Positions 22,474-34,700 of a stretch of 64,000 nt of DNA are shown one piece after another. The notes below the pieces were generated by a model that worked only from the letters and a program-made list of their open reading frames with translations, made no database searches and was not told where the DNA came from. A program made the translations under genes and the position numbers. The stretch is taken from NCBI RefSeq assembly GCF_039654945.1, contig NW_027361677.1:21762001-21826000 (forward strand). Direction: 5' to 3'. This DNA comes from Dendrobates tinctorius. Its lineage: Eukaryota. Within the stretch, counting starts at the first letter, position 1, and each line of letters begins with the position of its first letter.

Positions 22474-24157
22474 TATTAGTTATTCAAGCCACAATTTTCT
22501 AATTTTTCTTCCCCTGCTCTGCTTCCTTTGCCCTTTTTTTTTTTTTTTGTTTTTTTTTGTTTTCCCTCTTCTTCCTTGTTTTCCTTCCCTTCTTGGCCAC
22601 ATCTAAGCCCCTTTTTTCTACCCCACTTGGGTCTCTAATGGGCCCAATCCACTGCTCCCCGGTTGGCCTACCTGCCCCTCGCAGCCTCTCCTGCCCTTAT
22701 GACTTCTCCTGCCCTGCCTCCATCGTACAGCTCTTGGAAGAACCTAAGATTCTACTTTATGGTGTTCACACACCTCCTAATATAATGGGCAAGGAGCGGG
22801 TGCCTGGCCGTGCCAATGTCCTCCCCAGTCGGTGTGTTGTTGAGGACACGTCACATACCATTCTCAACAGTCACCACATGAGGGCGCCGTGAGCCTGTCA
22901 GCTCTTTGACAACCATGTTCCGCACTTAGCACGCGGCTTACCCATGGAATAATAAACTGCCCTAAGGGAGGGTGGACTGCTGCTTTCGACAGGGTGAAAA
23001 GTTTGCCATGCCCCGTACCTTGCGTTCACACAGCAGTAAATTATGTGCGTGCGCAACAGACCTCCTGTGACATTAATTAAAGAGATGACACTACAGAGCC
23101 GAGCCCCACGCGTCCTGAGTTGCGTTATTCTGCTCAGACCTTCTCATGATGAGCCTATTATTGGGGTGTGGTGTTATTGTGTGCGCAGATTGTTGTTTAT
23201 GCGGCCGTGCTTCTGTTATGTGTTGATAATGGCCTCGGGGTCCGTTCATGATGGTCACTATTTCTGAATGGGACGCCGCTATGAAATCTGTCCGAAACTG
23301 AAATTTAATTAAAACCTTTAATACTGAAGGATTTGTCCAGGACTTGACAACAAGCGAGTTCAGCTTTTATTTTACAACTTGACGTGCTTTTGCCGTTCAT
23401 TTTATCGCCTTCCCCCTTGCCTCAATTCCAGCTCCTATGGCCGTGCTGATCCTTGACGTGTTCTGCAGTTGTGGTGCGTTGTACATGCGCCGGTGACCGC
23501 TGCAGCCAAACACGGCGGAGGAGACGCAGCTCTTCACCAGGTCTCTGGATCGGTGGTGGAGGTGATGGTCTCATAGGTTGGACCCCCATCAGACTTTAAA
23601 ACTAGCAGTGTTTCAGCCTGTCGGAGAGAGAGTGCGGCTGTAGGTGTCCGAATTTTGTAAATGGAGAGAAAAAGGGTCTTCACAGCTTTCCAACCTCTGT
23701 CATTTGCAATGGATGGCGCCTGTATTATGCTGATGAAAGTTGCTGCCAAAAATATGGTTTCCATACCGCTTGTCTCGCCAATTGTCACCATCGCTTCTGC
23801 TATGAAAGCGAGCCATTCAGGTTGTAGAGGACGTTAATTGCGGGGTGGGGAGGTCAGATCACGTCAGATTTACTCGCCCTGGGCTTGGTCATGTGATCTC
23901 CCATCCAGAACGGTTTCCAACTTTCACTGTAATTTTTCTTGCAACATTTCTTCCCTCCTTCAGGCATCGATACTCATCCCTATACTCGTGACCTATACCA
24001 TAGATCTTGCATATACCATGGCAATTTAGTGTCCCTACGAGAAAACATCAGATGGTAGAGCGGGGCGCTTTTATTCTTTTTGCAACAGTACCTTCCCAAA
24101 GTACAGCTTTGCTTTCTCCTTGCAAGCATCAACAATACCAGACATGTGAAACCATAA

Positions 24158-24500
24158 GGGTGTGTGCACACGCTGTTGATCTGCTGCGGATCCGCAGACA
24201 GTGGACAGTACCATGTAAGTCTATGGGATTTACAATCCGCAGTGCACATGCTGCAGTTTTTTCACTGCGGAAAAGCTGCGGTTTTGAATCCGCAGAAAGA
24301 ATTGACATGTCACTTCTTTCTGCGGATTCAGCTGCGGTTTGCCATCTTCTCCATTGTCCAGGTGTCAATCCGCAGGTAAAACCGCTGGCCAATCCGCAGG
24401 TAAAACCGCTGGCCAATCCGCAGGTCAATTTACCTGCGGTTTTACCTGCGGATCCACACGGGAAAATCCGCTGGTGAATCCGCAGCGTGTGCACATAGCC
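24158..24500. mobile_element. PIF/Harbinger-like MITE
   Basis: taa|GGGTGTGTGCACACGCTG...CAGCGTGTGCACATAGCC|taa; related to 48376-48754 and to the fragment at ~6296. Confidence 0.8.
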
Positions 24501-25180
24501 TAAAACATTTTTTTGGAAAAAAGGGCAATTTGATCGAATTATTTTGTTGAAACAGTTATTTTATGTCTGAAAAATAATTACTATTCTGAACAAAAAAACA
24601 TTATGGTTTAAACTTAGAAAAATCACAAACAATAAATGGGTTTCAATCCTTCAGTGAATAAACAGCAATAGTACATGAAAATGTGTTTTGAATTAGTACA
24701 TAGGAATGGCTTTCATGCTTAATGGGTGGGGTGTCCATTAGTTGTGGGGGGTCAGACTTTCACAAAAGGGCGATCTCTTGGGATGGCTTTCCCTGGCATT
24801 ATCAGATGGGTCGCTACGAGCAGAATTGGGGATGTGAGGGGGGCAGGCAGTCATTGTTTTTAGTGTTTACAGCATAGCATCACCATTGTATGTCTGACAC
24901 AATCTGCTGAGAAATACTTCACATTTCCTTTTTTTTATTTTGTTTAATTGTGGGTGATAATGGAAGTGGCGATTGAATTATTTCATATGCAGGTGATTCA
25001 CACCATTGTGTTCAGATGGTATAAGTTCACACTGCAGGTGATTACAGGAAATAACGTATTATCTGTGCTTCATTTACACTAATGATGTGATCAGCTCCGG
25101 GAAAAAAATCTGCCCCATTCCGTTCTTATAGCTGCGGTGTAGTAAATGATCTCCCTCTGTACCCAGTGTTATAACCAAAG

Positions 25181-26056
25181 TTACATCCTGTATTATACCC
25201 CAGAGCTGCACTCACTATTCTGCTGGTGGAGTCACTGTGTACATACATTACATTACTGATCCTGAGTTACCTCCTGTATTATACTCCAGAGCTGCACTCA
25301 CTATTCTGCTGGTGCAGTCACTGTGTACATACATTACATTACTGATCCTGAGTTACATCCTGTATTATACTCCAGAGCTGCACTCACTATTCTGCTGGTG
25401 CAGTCACTGTGTACATACATTACATTACTGATCCTGAGCTACATCCTGTATTATACTCCAGAGCTGCACTCACTATTCTGCTGGTGCAGTCACTGTGTAC
25501 AAACATTACTGATCCTGAGTTACATCCTGTATTATACCCCAGAGCTGCACTCACTATTCTGCTGGTGCAGTCACTGTGTACAAACATTACTGATCCTGAG
25601 TTATACCCTGTATTATACTCCAGAGCTGCACTCACTATTCTGCTGGTGCAGTCACTGTGTACAAACATTACTGATCCTGAGTTATACCCTGTATTATACC
25701 CCAGAGCTGCACTCACTATTCTGCTGGTGCAGTCACTGTGTACAAACATTACTGATCCTGAGTTATACCCTGTATTATACTCCAGAGCTGCACTCACTAT
25801 TCTGCTGGTGCAGTCACTGTGTACATACATTACATTACTGATCCTGAGTTACCTCCTGTATTATACCCCAGAGCTGCACTCACTATTCTGCTGGTGCAGT
25901 CACTGTGTACATACATTACATTACTGATCCTGAGTTACATCCTGTATTATACCCCAGAGCTGCACTCACTACTCTGCTGGTGCAGTCACTGTGTGCATAC
26001 ATTACAGATCCTGAGTTGCCTCCTGTATTATACTCCAGACCTGCACTCAGTATTAC
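25181..26056 (+). repeat. 86-bp (77-bp variant) satellite array, ~10 copies
   Basis: Unit ttacatcctgtattatactccagagctgcactcactattctgctggtgcagtcactgtgtacatacattacattactgatcctgag. Confidence 0.95.
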
Positions 26057-26652
26057 GGTACATTGGGCAGTAGGCTCATCCATATTGTGTCCTTATGCCG
26101 TACATTGGCGCAGCTTGTGACCATTATGATCGAATTGAACAGAATCTGACAAGACGCCTCAGTAAGGTCCACACTTACAGTATCTTTGGGAAAGTTCTGG
26201 GGACTGGTAGAACCTGATGCTGGAGCCTCCGGGAACGTGTAAGGAATGCTTTCTGCTCCTGGCACTGGGAGATGTGTATCCTGTGCGGTGGTGAAATATC
26301 TCGTCAATGAAAGGATTATTATGGATGGGTTTATATTCTGTAAACGTGATTATTAATTACCCCTGTGATTATTAGGTCTACAACCTATAATTAAATAACC
26401 GTAGAGAAGCCATAGTAACAAAGTTATCAAAGATTAGAAAAACAGCGGCGCCCCCCCTCGTACATGGACGGTTACTGGTATTGTAGCTCCAACCTGATTG
26501 GGTCAGATCTGCGATACCAGACAGTCCAGTTATGGCCCCAGCTTAATGGAAATGGTGGGGTCTGAGAGGAGTGATCCTAAATTCTGGTTTGTCGCTCCGC
26601 CCTGTGTACCAGGCTTCTTGGAGAGACCTCATTCTTCTGCTTGTGTTCGCAG

Positions 26653-26781
26653 CATCCAGGAGGAGAGGAAGTCCTGTTCGAACAGGCCGGCGCCGATGCC
26701 ACGGAGAGCTTTGAAGATGTCGGCCATTCTGTTGATGCACGGGAGATGCTGAAGCAGTATTACGTGGGAGATCTGCATCCG
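26653..26781 (+). CDS. CYB5B: CYB5B exon 2 (heme-binding HPGG motif and second axial His)
   Basis: [43 protein letters not shown]; cgcag| and |gtaaga. Confidence 0.98.
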
Positions 26782-27138
26782 GTAAGATTGTTATGGTGTA
26801 TAGTGTGTGTTTATTTTTTTACCAGGTCACGAACGCCATTTATGGATTGGGCACTTCCAAGCTATAAAAAATGATCACTCGGATGATCGACCAAAAAAAA
26901 AAAAGCAGCACGATCACATCGTGAGAACATATCCTGATAGTACAAGACCAAGAAGAAGTCCCTAAAGACACTTTGGAAAAACCGCTCCTGTCCCTTACTG
27001 CCCCCGGTGGTCACGTCACATCAATGCCAGTTGTACACCCAAGTGCGGATCGCAATGTACTGATTGGTGATCGCCACAGCCTCCTATTCTGCCTACGGGG
27101 CTGTTGTGTTCGGGACCATATTTGTGATACCAGCCTAA

Positions 27139-27430
27139 GGCTATGTCCACACTGTGCGTTTGCAAAATGCAGCATGTCCCTTTCTTTTATCGTTTTTGCA
27201 GCGTTTTTCATCCATTGAAAGCAATGTGTAGTCAAAAATGCTGCAAAAAAAAAAGCAGCTATCAGGGTTTACAGTGTTTTTGGTGCTAAAGCTTATGAAC
27301 TTGCATTAAATTATTTTTTATGCACTAAACTTTATCAGCATGCTCAAGAAACAAATGTACCCTGACAAACATGCAGCAATGAAAACGCAGCAAAAATTTT
27401 GCAAACAAAGCACAGCATGTGAACATAGCC
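27139..27430. mobile_element. PIF/Harbinger-like MITE
   Basis: taa|GGCTATGTCCACA...TGTGAACATAGCC|tta. Confidence 0.7.
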
Positions 27431-27907
27431 TTACAGCTGGCAATAAAGGTGTAGCGGGTGCGTATTTGGCATCTATGTATGGGCGTTTGTGAAAGGTTTG
27501 TTTTTCTCGCGATGATCTCATGGCTAATTGCTGCAATATCAGTAGGATATCACATCATTTTAAGTGTTGGGGTTCTGACTTCTGGGATTAATGAGCATTA
27601 CCGGGTCCGCACCCCTACGTCAGCACTGCGACATTTTCGCTCTTTCCATTCCACGGTCACCGATATGCTGAGAGGTTGGAGAAGGACCGCTCACTTGAAT
27701 TGGAGTTCGGACCCTTTCCTTTTTAGGATTCTGGGTGTCCTCAAGGTCAGACCCTCACCAATCATAAAGTGATGGCAGTCTTTCTAGTCTATACCCTGAT
27801 GTACCGTCTTTATTGTACTGAGTGAGACGATGGCTTCAGCATTGTGCATCATGTACTGTGCTATGTCACACAATTCATTTTATTTATTTTTTTTTTCCCC
27901 TGAACAG

Positions 27908-27931
27908 GATGACTGCAAAAACAGTAAAAAG
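27908..27931 (+). CDS. CYB5B: CYB5B exon 3 (24-nt microexon)
   Basis: Long pyrimidine tract, aacag|GAT GAC TGC AAA AAC AGT AAA AAG|gtaaga. Confidence 0.88.
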
Positions 27932-28003
27932 GTAAGAGCATTTTTTTTTTTTTCCTTAATCCGGATCTGGCCTGCACGGACGCTGTTATACATTGATTTA
28001 ATT

Positions 28004-28005
<2 letters not shown>

Positions 28006-28060
<55 letters not shown>

Positions 28061-28127
28061 TTTTTTTTGTTCCACTGGGCCACTAAAGCTGCTTTGGGAC
28101 TGGCCTGGTTCTGATAGCTTCTTGTAT

Positions 28128-28163
<36 letters not shown>
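28006..28163. repeat. (TA)n microsatellite and poly-T tracts
   Basis: Direct inspection. Confidence 0.85.
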
Positions 28164-28170
28164 CCTTTTA

Positions 28171-29037
28171 GGCTACGTTCAAACGTAGCGGAACTCTTGT
28201 GGAAATTACTCCGAGAACTCCGAATTCCATTCCGCGGGAAAATCGCATTTTAAATTCCCACAATTTTCCCGCAGAAAAACTAGCATTTTGCAAGCGTAAT
28301 TAGCTTGCAAAATTGCTAGCGTTTTCCAAGCGATCTGGAGCATCGCTTGGAGAACTGATTGACAGGTTGGTCACACTCGTCAAACATAGTGTTTGATGAG
28401 TGTGACCAACTTTTTACTATTGAGGCTGCCTATGCGGCATCAATATTAAAAGATAGGATGTAAAAAATAATTAAAAAAAAAATATATATATATTGTTACC
28501 TTCCGGCGTCCCGCGCAGCCTTCACGCCTCTCTCTACGCTCCCAGTCCCAGTAATCCTTTACGAGAATTACCGCGAAGACGTCCGTTCTCGCGGTCATTC
28601 GCGATGACCACGAGACTTCGCATTGTCGCGAGAACGGACGTCATCGCTCGCAAAGGATTACTGGGACCAGGAGCGTGGAGAGAGGCGGGAAGGCTGCGCG
28701 GGACACCGGAAAGTGAGAATATCGATATTTTTTTATTCTATTTCTTACAGGGATATGGTACCCAAAGCCCGGAGGACAGTCTACTCTCCTCCGGACCATG
28801 GGTACCATCCGCAAATGTTCTGCTTACTTTTCGCATGGTGGGCACAGCCACATGCGGAAAGTAAGCAGAACAATGCAATCCTATGGGTGCGGGATCGCCG
28901 CGATTCCGCAAAATTAATGAGCGATACCGCAGCATTAGCACAGCATTACGGAATCCCATAGGAATCCATGGGATGCTTATTTTTCGCGTTTTTGCGGCAA
29001 AATCGTGCGGTAAAAAACGCCACGTGTGAACATAGCC
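28171..29037. mobile_element. PIF/Harbinger-like non-autonomous element
   Basis: tta|GGCTACGTTCAAACGT...ACGTGTGAACATAGCC|tta; internal palindrome at ~28500-28715. Confidence 0.8.
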
Positions 29038-30540
29038 TTAATAAGGTGATTTACAAATTTTCTCTTTAGACAACATAAATTTGGACTGGACTGTCTTACA
29101 ATGCACCAAATTTGTCACACTGGTTGATCCTGGATGAAACATTTGGTGCATTTTTGGAACGTCTAAGTCAGCCTCTTTGGCGCACTGTGCCAGATTTCAG
29201 GATACTTCATCTCCACAAGTCCCCCAGGCTCCTTACTGAGCAGTTTAAAAAAAATTGTGGGAAAAAAAAAAAAAAAAAGTTTCTAAAACACAATAAAAGC
29301 GACTCCTTTCAAGTAATAAATCTCCTCTACTGTGTTTTATTAACTGCAACTTTTTTCTGTTGCATTTACCATTTTTCAGTCATGTTCTTGAACGATTCCT
29401 TTTTAGAATCACACGATTGGCGATGTGGAACAACAAAAATGCCACCAAAAAAAATCAAGATTTTCATTTTTTCATAAGTGTCTAGGAAAAATGTACTTTT
29501 TTTTAAATATATTTTCTCACTGCCCGGCTAGCAGCATCAGTGGCCTCAGCTACTTTTTTTTTCTTGCTACAAAAACTTGCTGCAAATCAGTGTTTTTTTT
29601 GTTTTGTTTTTTTTTTCTCTGTCCCCAGAAAATCTGTGTCTTCACTTGGCAGCAGTCCTTGAAAATCCGCGTTGCCTGTATACGCTCCACATCGCTGGCA
29701 GCCTGCCATGCCCAGATTAAATATAATTTCCGATTTTTCTAATGACAACTTCTTGTAATTATTGTTTGTTTTCTTTAATGGTGTCTTGTGCCTCTTCCTC
29801 CTTCCCCCGCACCTTGTATTTCCTCCCTGGCTGTGCACTTGCTTGGGGCTGCACCAGCGATAATTAGCACAATGGAGCTCACTATTCCACATCGCGAAAT
29901 ACTCCGGTGTATAATTTAATCTTCGAATGCGCACGTGACGCTTCCATTTCATCACTTTAACCGCAATTAGTTAGACGATAACAAAAAAGAAGATGGTGGG
30001 GCGTCTCGCTAACCTACAGAGAGACTGTAGCAGAGGCAACAAAGTAATAAATGAACTAAGGATCAGACTACACAAGGATTGTTTGTAGTCTGTAACCATG
30101 GAGACACATAAGAGTGCAAAAGAGCTGTAGCACGAAGCTAATGTTAAAGCAATTTTGCACACAAAAAATAAAGTATTTTTTTTACTTTTGGTATCTGATT
30201 GTAAAATTGTACTTTAGATTAAGGGCTACAAAGCGGCTTTGGCATGATGAGTATGATACAAAAGTGTCAGAAACCAGAGCGTTGCGGTGGAGTCGCTGAC
30301 GGGTCAAGGTGGCCTGGTCTGGTGAATCATGATCCCCCGAAGGACTGAAGACTTAAGGAATCACTCTCAGAAGTGGAGTCCATGCATCGAGTGGTCATTG
30401 CTGGCACATTGGAGATCGACCCAATATATGGCTCTAATATTGTGGCTGATCAGTGTAACCCGACTGCCCAATTCCCAGCAAATCTTCCCTTCCCATGGTA
30501 AATTCTCACCGGATAATGGTTTTCTTTTTTTTTCTTCCAG

Positions 30541-30575
30541 GATGTCTTAATATCAACATCATCCAATTCATCCAG
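30541..30575 (+). CDS. CYB5B: CYB5B exon 4 (35 nt)
   Basis: ttcttccag|GAT GTC TTA...TCC AG|gtaat; DVLISTSSNSS. Confidence 0.88.
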
Positions 30576-31631
30576 GTAATGGCTTCCTTTATATAACTTT
30601 ATTTTATTTTTTTTTACACCTAAAGGTGAATGTTGCATTATAAAGGACTCTGAATTACTATAATGTGTGGCTCGCTGAAGAGACGGAAGGATGTCATTCT
30701 GATCTCTGCCCTCACTTTCACTCCCTTGCAGTAACCCCAATAAATGACACATGCTCTGTATGCTTATTAGCCATTTAGGAGTCCACTGCAAGAATTTAGG
30801 AGTCCGGGGAGGGGTGCATTGCTGGCCTACTGCACGGAAATGATAGTGAGTCCAGAGATAAAATTGACATCCTTGTCTCTTCCGCTGTCAGCACAAAACA
30901 ATAGTTTACGGCAGTTTTTCATGACAATGTATTAATATAACAACCCCTTTTTAAGTATAGCTAATTTACATCCACTTATGAAAATATTGTCCTGAAGCTG
31001 AGACTTTAGGTGTGCCTCTCCGTTCACACGAGGGACAGATGTGGGACCTCTGTTTTTGGGATTGAAGGTGGACCCCTACTGTTCAAACATTGGTCACCTA
31101 TCCTGTGGTTGTTGGTGGGATAACCCCTTTAAGGGGCTATTCACACTTTTTAAGAAATGTATATTGTCTGATAGTGATTGTAAAAACAAGCACTTTTGCA
31201 ATTCACTGCTTATTAAAATTTGCAGCTATTCCGAAAATATTAACACTTTTCTTTTGTTTACGGCTCATTGCCTAGGAGACCGACCGACCACCACTGCTAT
31301 CTAGTTTGTAAGCTGTGCGTTGAAGCTGGCCAGGATTAGGAGAGATCAGTACACCACAGTGATGCTGGTTAGCTTCAATGCGGCACTTACATGCTCTTTT
31401 CTGTGGTGCTTGGAAGCGCTGCACATGTTCTGCAATCTCTAGCAGCAGTGGTCAGTTTCCATGGATACGAGCTGTAAACAAGTGTTAATATGTGAAGAAC
31501 AGCTTAAAATTTTATTAGGCAGGAAATGAAAAAATTTAATTTTCTATCGCTTTCCGACAACACCCATCTGCAAGCATGGGATTAACCTCTTCAGGTGCTT
31601 CGAATATGCGTAACTTCTGTTCTCCACACAG

Positions 31632-31722
31632 TTCATGGAGCAATTGGCTGATCCCTGCCGTGGCTGTGTTGCTTCTGGGCTTGATGTATCGTTTTTACTC
31701 GGTGGACAGCCGCTCGTCGTGA
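31632..31722 (+). CDS. CYB5B: CYB5B exon 5, C-terminal membrane anchor
   Basis: (S)SWSNWLIPAVAVLLLGLMYRFYSVDSRSS*; total CDS 423 nt = 140 aa + stop. Confidence 0.95.
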
Positions 31723-34700
31723 GCGTTGCGATAACCTGAACCTACCATAAGCTGCCGGTGTCTTCACGTACAAGAAAATGAGCAGGATCCGAAGCACGTC
31801 CCACAGCTCTGCCAGATCCATAAAGTCAAAACTTGAGCGGAACCTCCTCATGTTATGTCAGTGACCTTTTCGCCCATACCGTGTGCCTGTGTCGTGATTT
31901 TAGGCCTCTCTAAACTCTGGATATTCTTACACGACCTTTTTTTATCATGGAGCATGCCTCGCACCCAGTTTCCTGTCAAGCTTAATTCTACAAATTTGAA
32001 CGTTTGTATCTATATGAAAAGTTTGGTAACTTTGCCTAAAGTTTTATTCTTTTGTGCTGACTTCAGAATTCTGCTGGCTGCCTTTGGAAACAGACTACGC
32101 AGTCCGCCCTGTTGTCAGACATGTGACTTATCAGCTCCTCGGACTTCTGAGGTCCGATACTGGAATCCGGCAGAATTCTGAATGAAAAAGCACAGTAATA
32201 CAAAGTTCTCCAACTTGTTCTTTGCCGCTTGTTTGGAAGTGGAACTCCTCTTCAATTCTCTACACTTTCGGGTATCGGTGGTCTTCTGGGTTGCTGGGAT
32301 GGTGCTTCGTATGCGTGTCGGGGACCAAATAATTCTGTGTTTCAGACCCAATAATTGCTGTGTGTGACTGAGTCTCTGCTTTTTCATTAATGAAAACGGT
32401 TGTTATCAATGTCATTTGTACACTAAAAGCCATAACTAAAAATCTTCAGACATCACTGATTTTAGTAAACTCCTTCTCCTGGGGCTCATTTGTGGGTCAC
32501 TTGTTGCAAAATACATTTTTTTTTGTTGTTGTCACTGAGTTTTTCTGCACTAAAATCCACTTGAAAAGCCTCTCCAAAGTGTGAAATTGCATTGCCGTTC
32601 ATGTAGCTGTGTTTGTATTCCCGCAAGGTTTCTAAGCCAGAGAATCCACAACAGGTAACCGAATTTCCGTCGCAGGTTACAGTGCAAATTCACGTCAGAT
32701 TGTTTGTTTTTTTTACTCTGTGTGAAAGGTTCTCTTGCAAACTTGCTGGCGCTCAATTAAACGGAGTTTGCCAACTTTTTATGTATAATACATCACATAT
32801 TAGATCTTCCATCTCACTGCCAGTGAGGTAAGTATTGCTTCTTTTATTTTTTTTTATTTTGTAACCTATTCTTGGTCTCTTTAGAACAAAAAAAGTCAAA
32901 ATAATCACCAGATTTCTCAATACAAACTGTACACATTAAATAGGTCTTACCCCTGATGAGGCTGTTATTTTTACTCTTAAAATCTGTTTACAAATGGCTG
33001 CTTAATCCCTTTTTTTTTTCTTTTTTTTTTTTTTTTTTACCTTTTGACTATATTGAGCTTGTAATCTGAAATCTGACCTCGTGTATGTTAGTCTCGCACC
33101 TATATTTGTGATCAAATCAAGAGACATCTAGGATATATGCTCTGCTCTCCCATATTGACATACTAGATCCTATAGGTTTGGAGCATTGCTTCCTTTGGTG
33201 GACAGTCTGGTATGACATGCTGGGACTTGTGGTTGCACGCTGCTTGTTTCTTCAGGTCTTCTCCATGTTGCTAGGTCAGCTTGTATCTGTATGTTGCCCC
33301 CCAAGTCTTCCTCCTACTCATTCATAAAAGGTTTGTTTAGCATTTTCGTGCGTTTTTCTCCCCCTCCCGTTACGTTCTCTCGTGAGACAGAGCTCCTTGT
33401 GTGTGGCCAAGTCTCACACAGTAAATGTTTGTTTGGTCGGTGGCCGCTCACACAATGAGGCTCTGTAAAGTGTGTAAGATTGTCAGTACAATTGTCTCCG
33501 TGCCATCCGGGTGACAATGATGGGGCATGTGCTGAGCGCCATGCCTACATAGAAAGTATTCATCACACTCGCCGTACTGCATTCTCCTTCCTCTTCCAGT
33601 GGCTGCCTCCCAATGCTGGTGGACCACGTCCATCTACTTACACAATGGAGATCTATACGCTTAGTTCTTTGGCGTTATTCTCTTTTGGGACTGGTATTGT
33701 TTGGCAGTATCACACAAACTTTTCTGCCATATTGGCTGTCAGATTATGAGAAAGATACGGTCTATGAATGAAAGCCGGTAGTTGCCAAAATGCGCTGAAA
33801 ACTCACAGCCAATATGGCAGCGGATCTTCCTGACACCTAAACAATGCTAATCACACAGAAATAGGCAACAGGCCAAAATCTTCATGTTGCTCCCAGTCAG
33901 TGGTCACGAAGAGGTGGACTGCACGACACCATCCAATCACTGGCTGCAGCGGTCAAGGGTCCTGACATCGCTGCGGCAGACCGTCGGGGACATCGAAGAT
34001 TCTGTGCTGAAGTGACAAGGTGTAAGTAATAATCTTGATATTTTTAACAATAGTACATATTTGGACTATTAAAGCATAAAAATGGCGCACCCCTTCCCAA
34101 AATAGTTATCCACTGGCAGGAGGACAGCAGATTTTCAGATCAATGGGGGTCCATCTGATGGACCAATGCACAGATATTGTAGTCGTATAGCCGCTTTAAA
34201 TCTTCAATCACGATCTTAACTGTGACAATGTCCTTTACCTAAAATGTTTTGGGTGTCGTCATGTGATAGATTTCACACCTGCACACACACACACTAAATT
34301 CACAACCCCATACAGGGCCTGGTCTGCGGCTATTCGAGGTACTCCACTGCTCCTGTTAGTTCGCCCGATTCTGTGGATGTGATATGGCCACACAGCTCTG
34401 AAACATTAGAGGAACACAAGGAATTAAGGATATATTAAATAAAAGGTGCACTAAATTCCCTGCGGAATTCACGCTCATCAAGGATATAATCCTTTCCTGA
34501 GTTGCAGGATATACAGTCTGTATCCTGGACTTATTAACCTTCTGTATACTTCCACCCACCAATCAAGATAAAAAAAAATCTCTAGTTCATTTAGGGTAAG
34601 TAACTCCTGTGTGGAATGAATATCTGTCCAGGTAACCAGTCGTCCGTAGTACCTGCCTGCCGCTGTACTATCCTCTTCATTCATTCATTTTTATTTTTTT

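Noticed and set aside
25237-26120. Hydrophobic ORFs (LLILSYILYYTPELHSLFCW)
   Set aside because: Translations of the 86-bp satellite, also found at 49.6-50.4 kb and 54.8-55.7 kb
13393-31722. CYB5A as an alternative identity
   Set aside because: C-terminal YRFYSVDSRSS tail, N-terminal VTYY and synteny fit CYB5B
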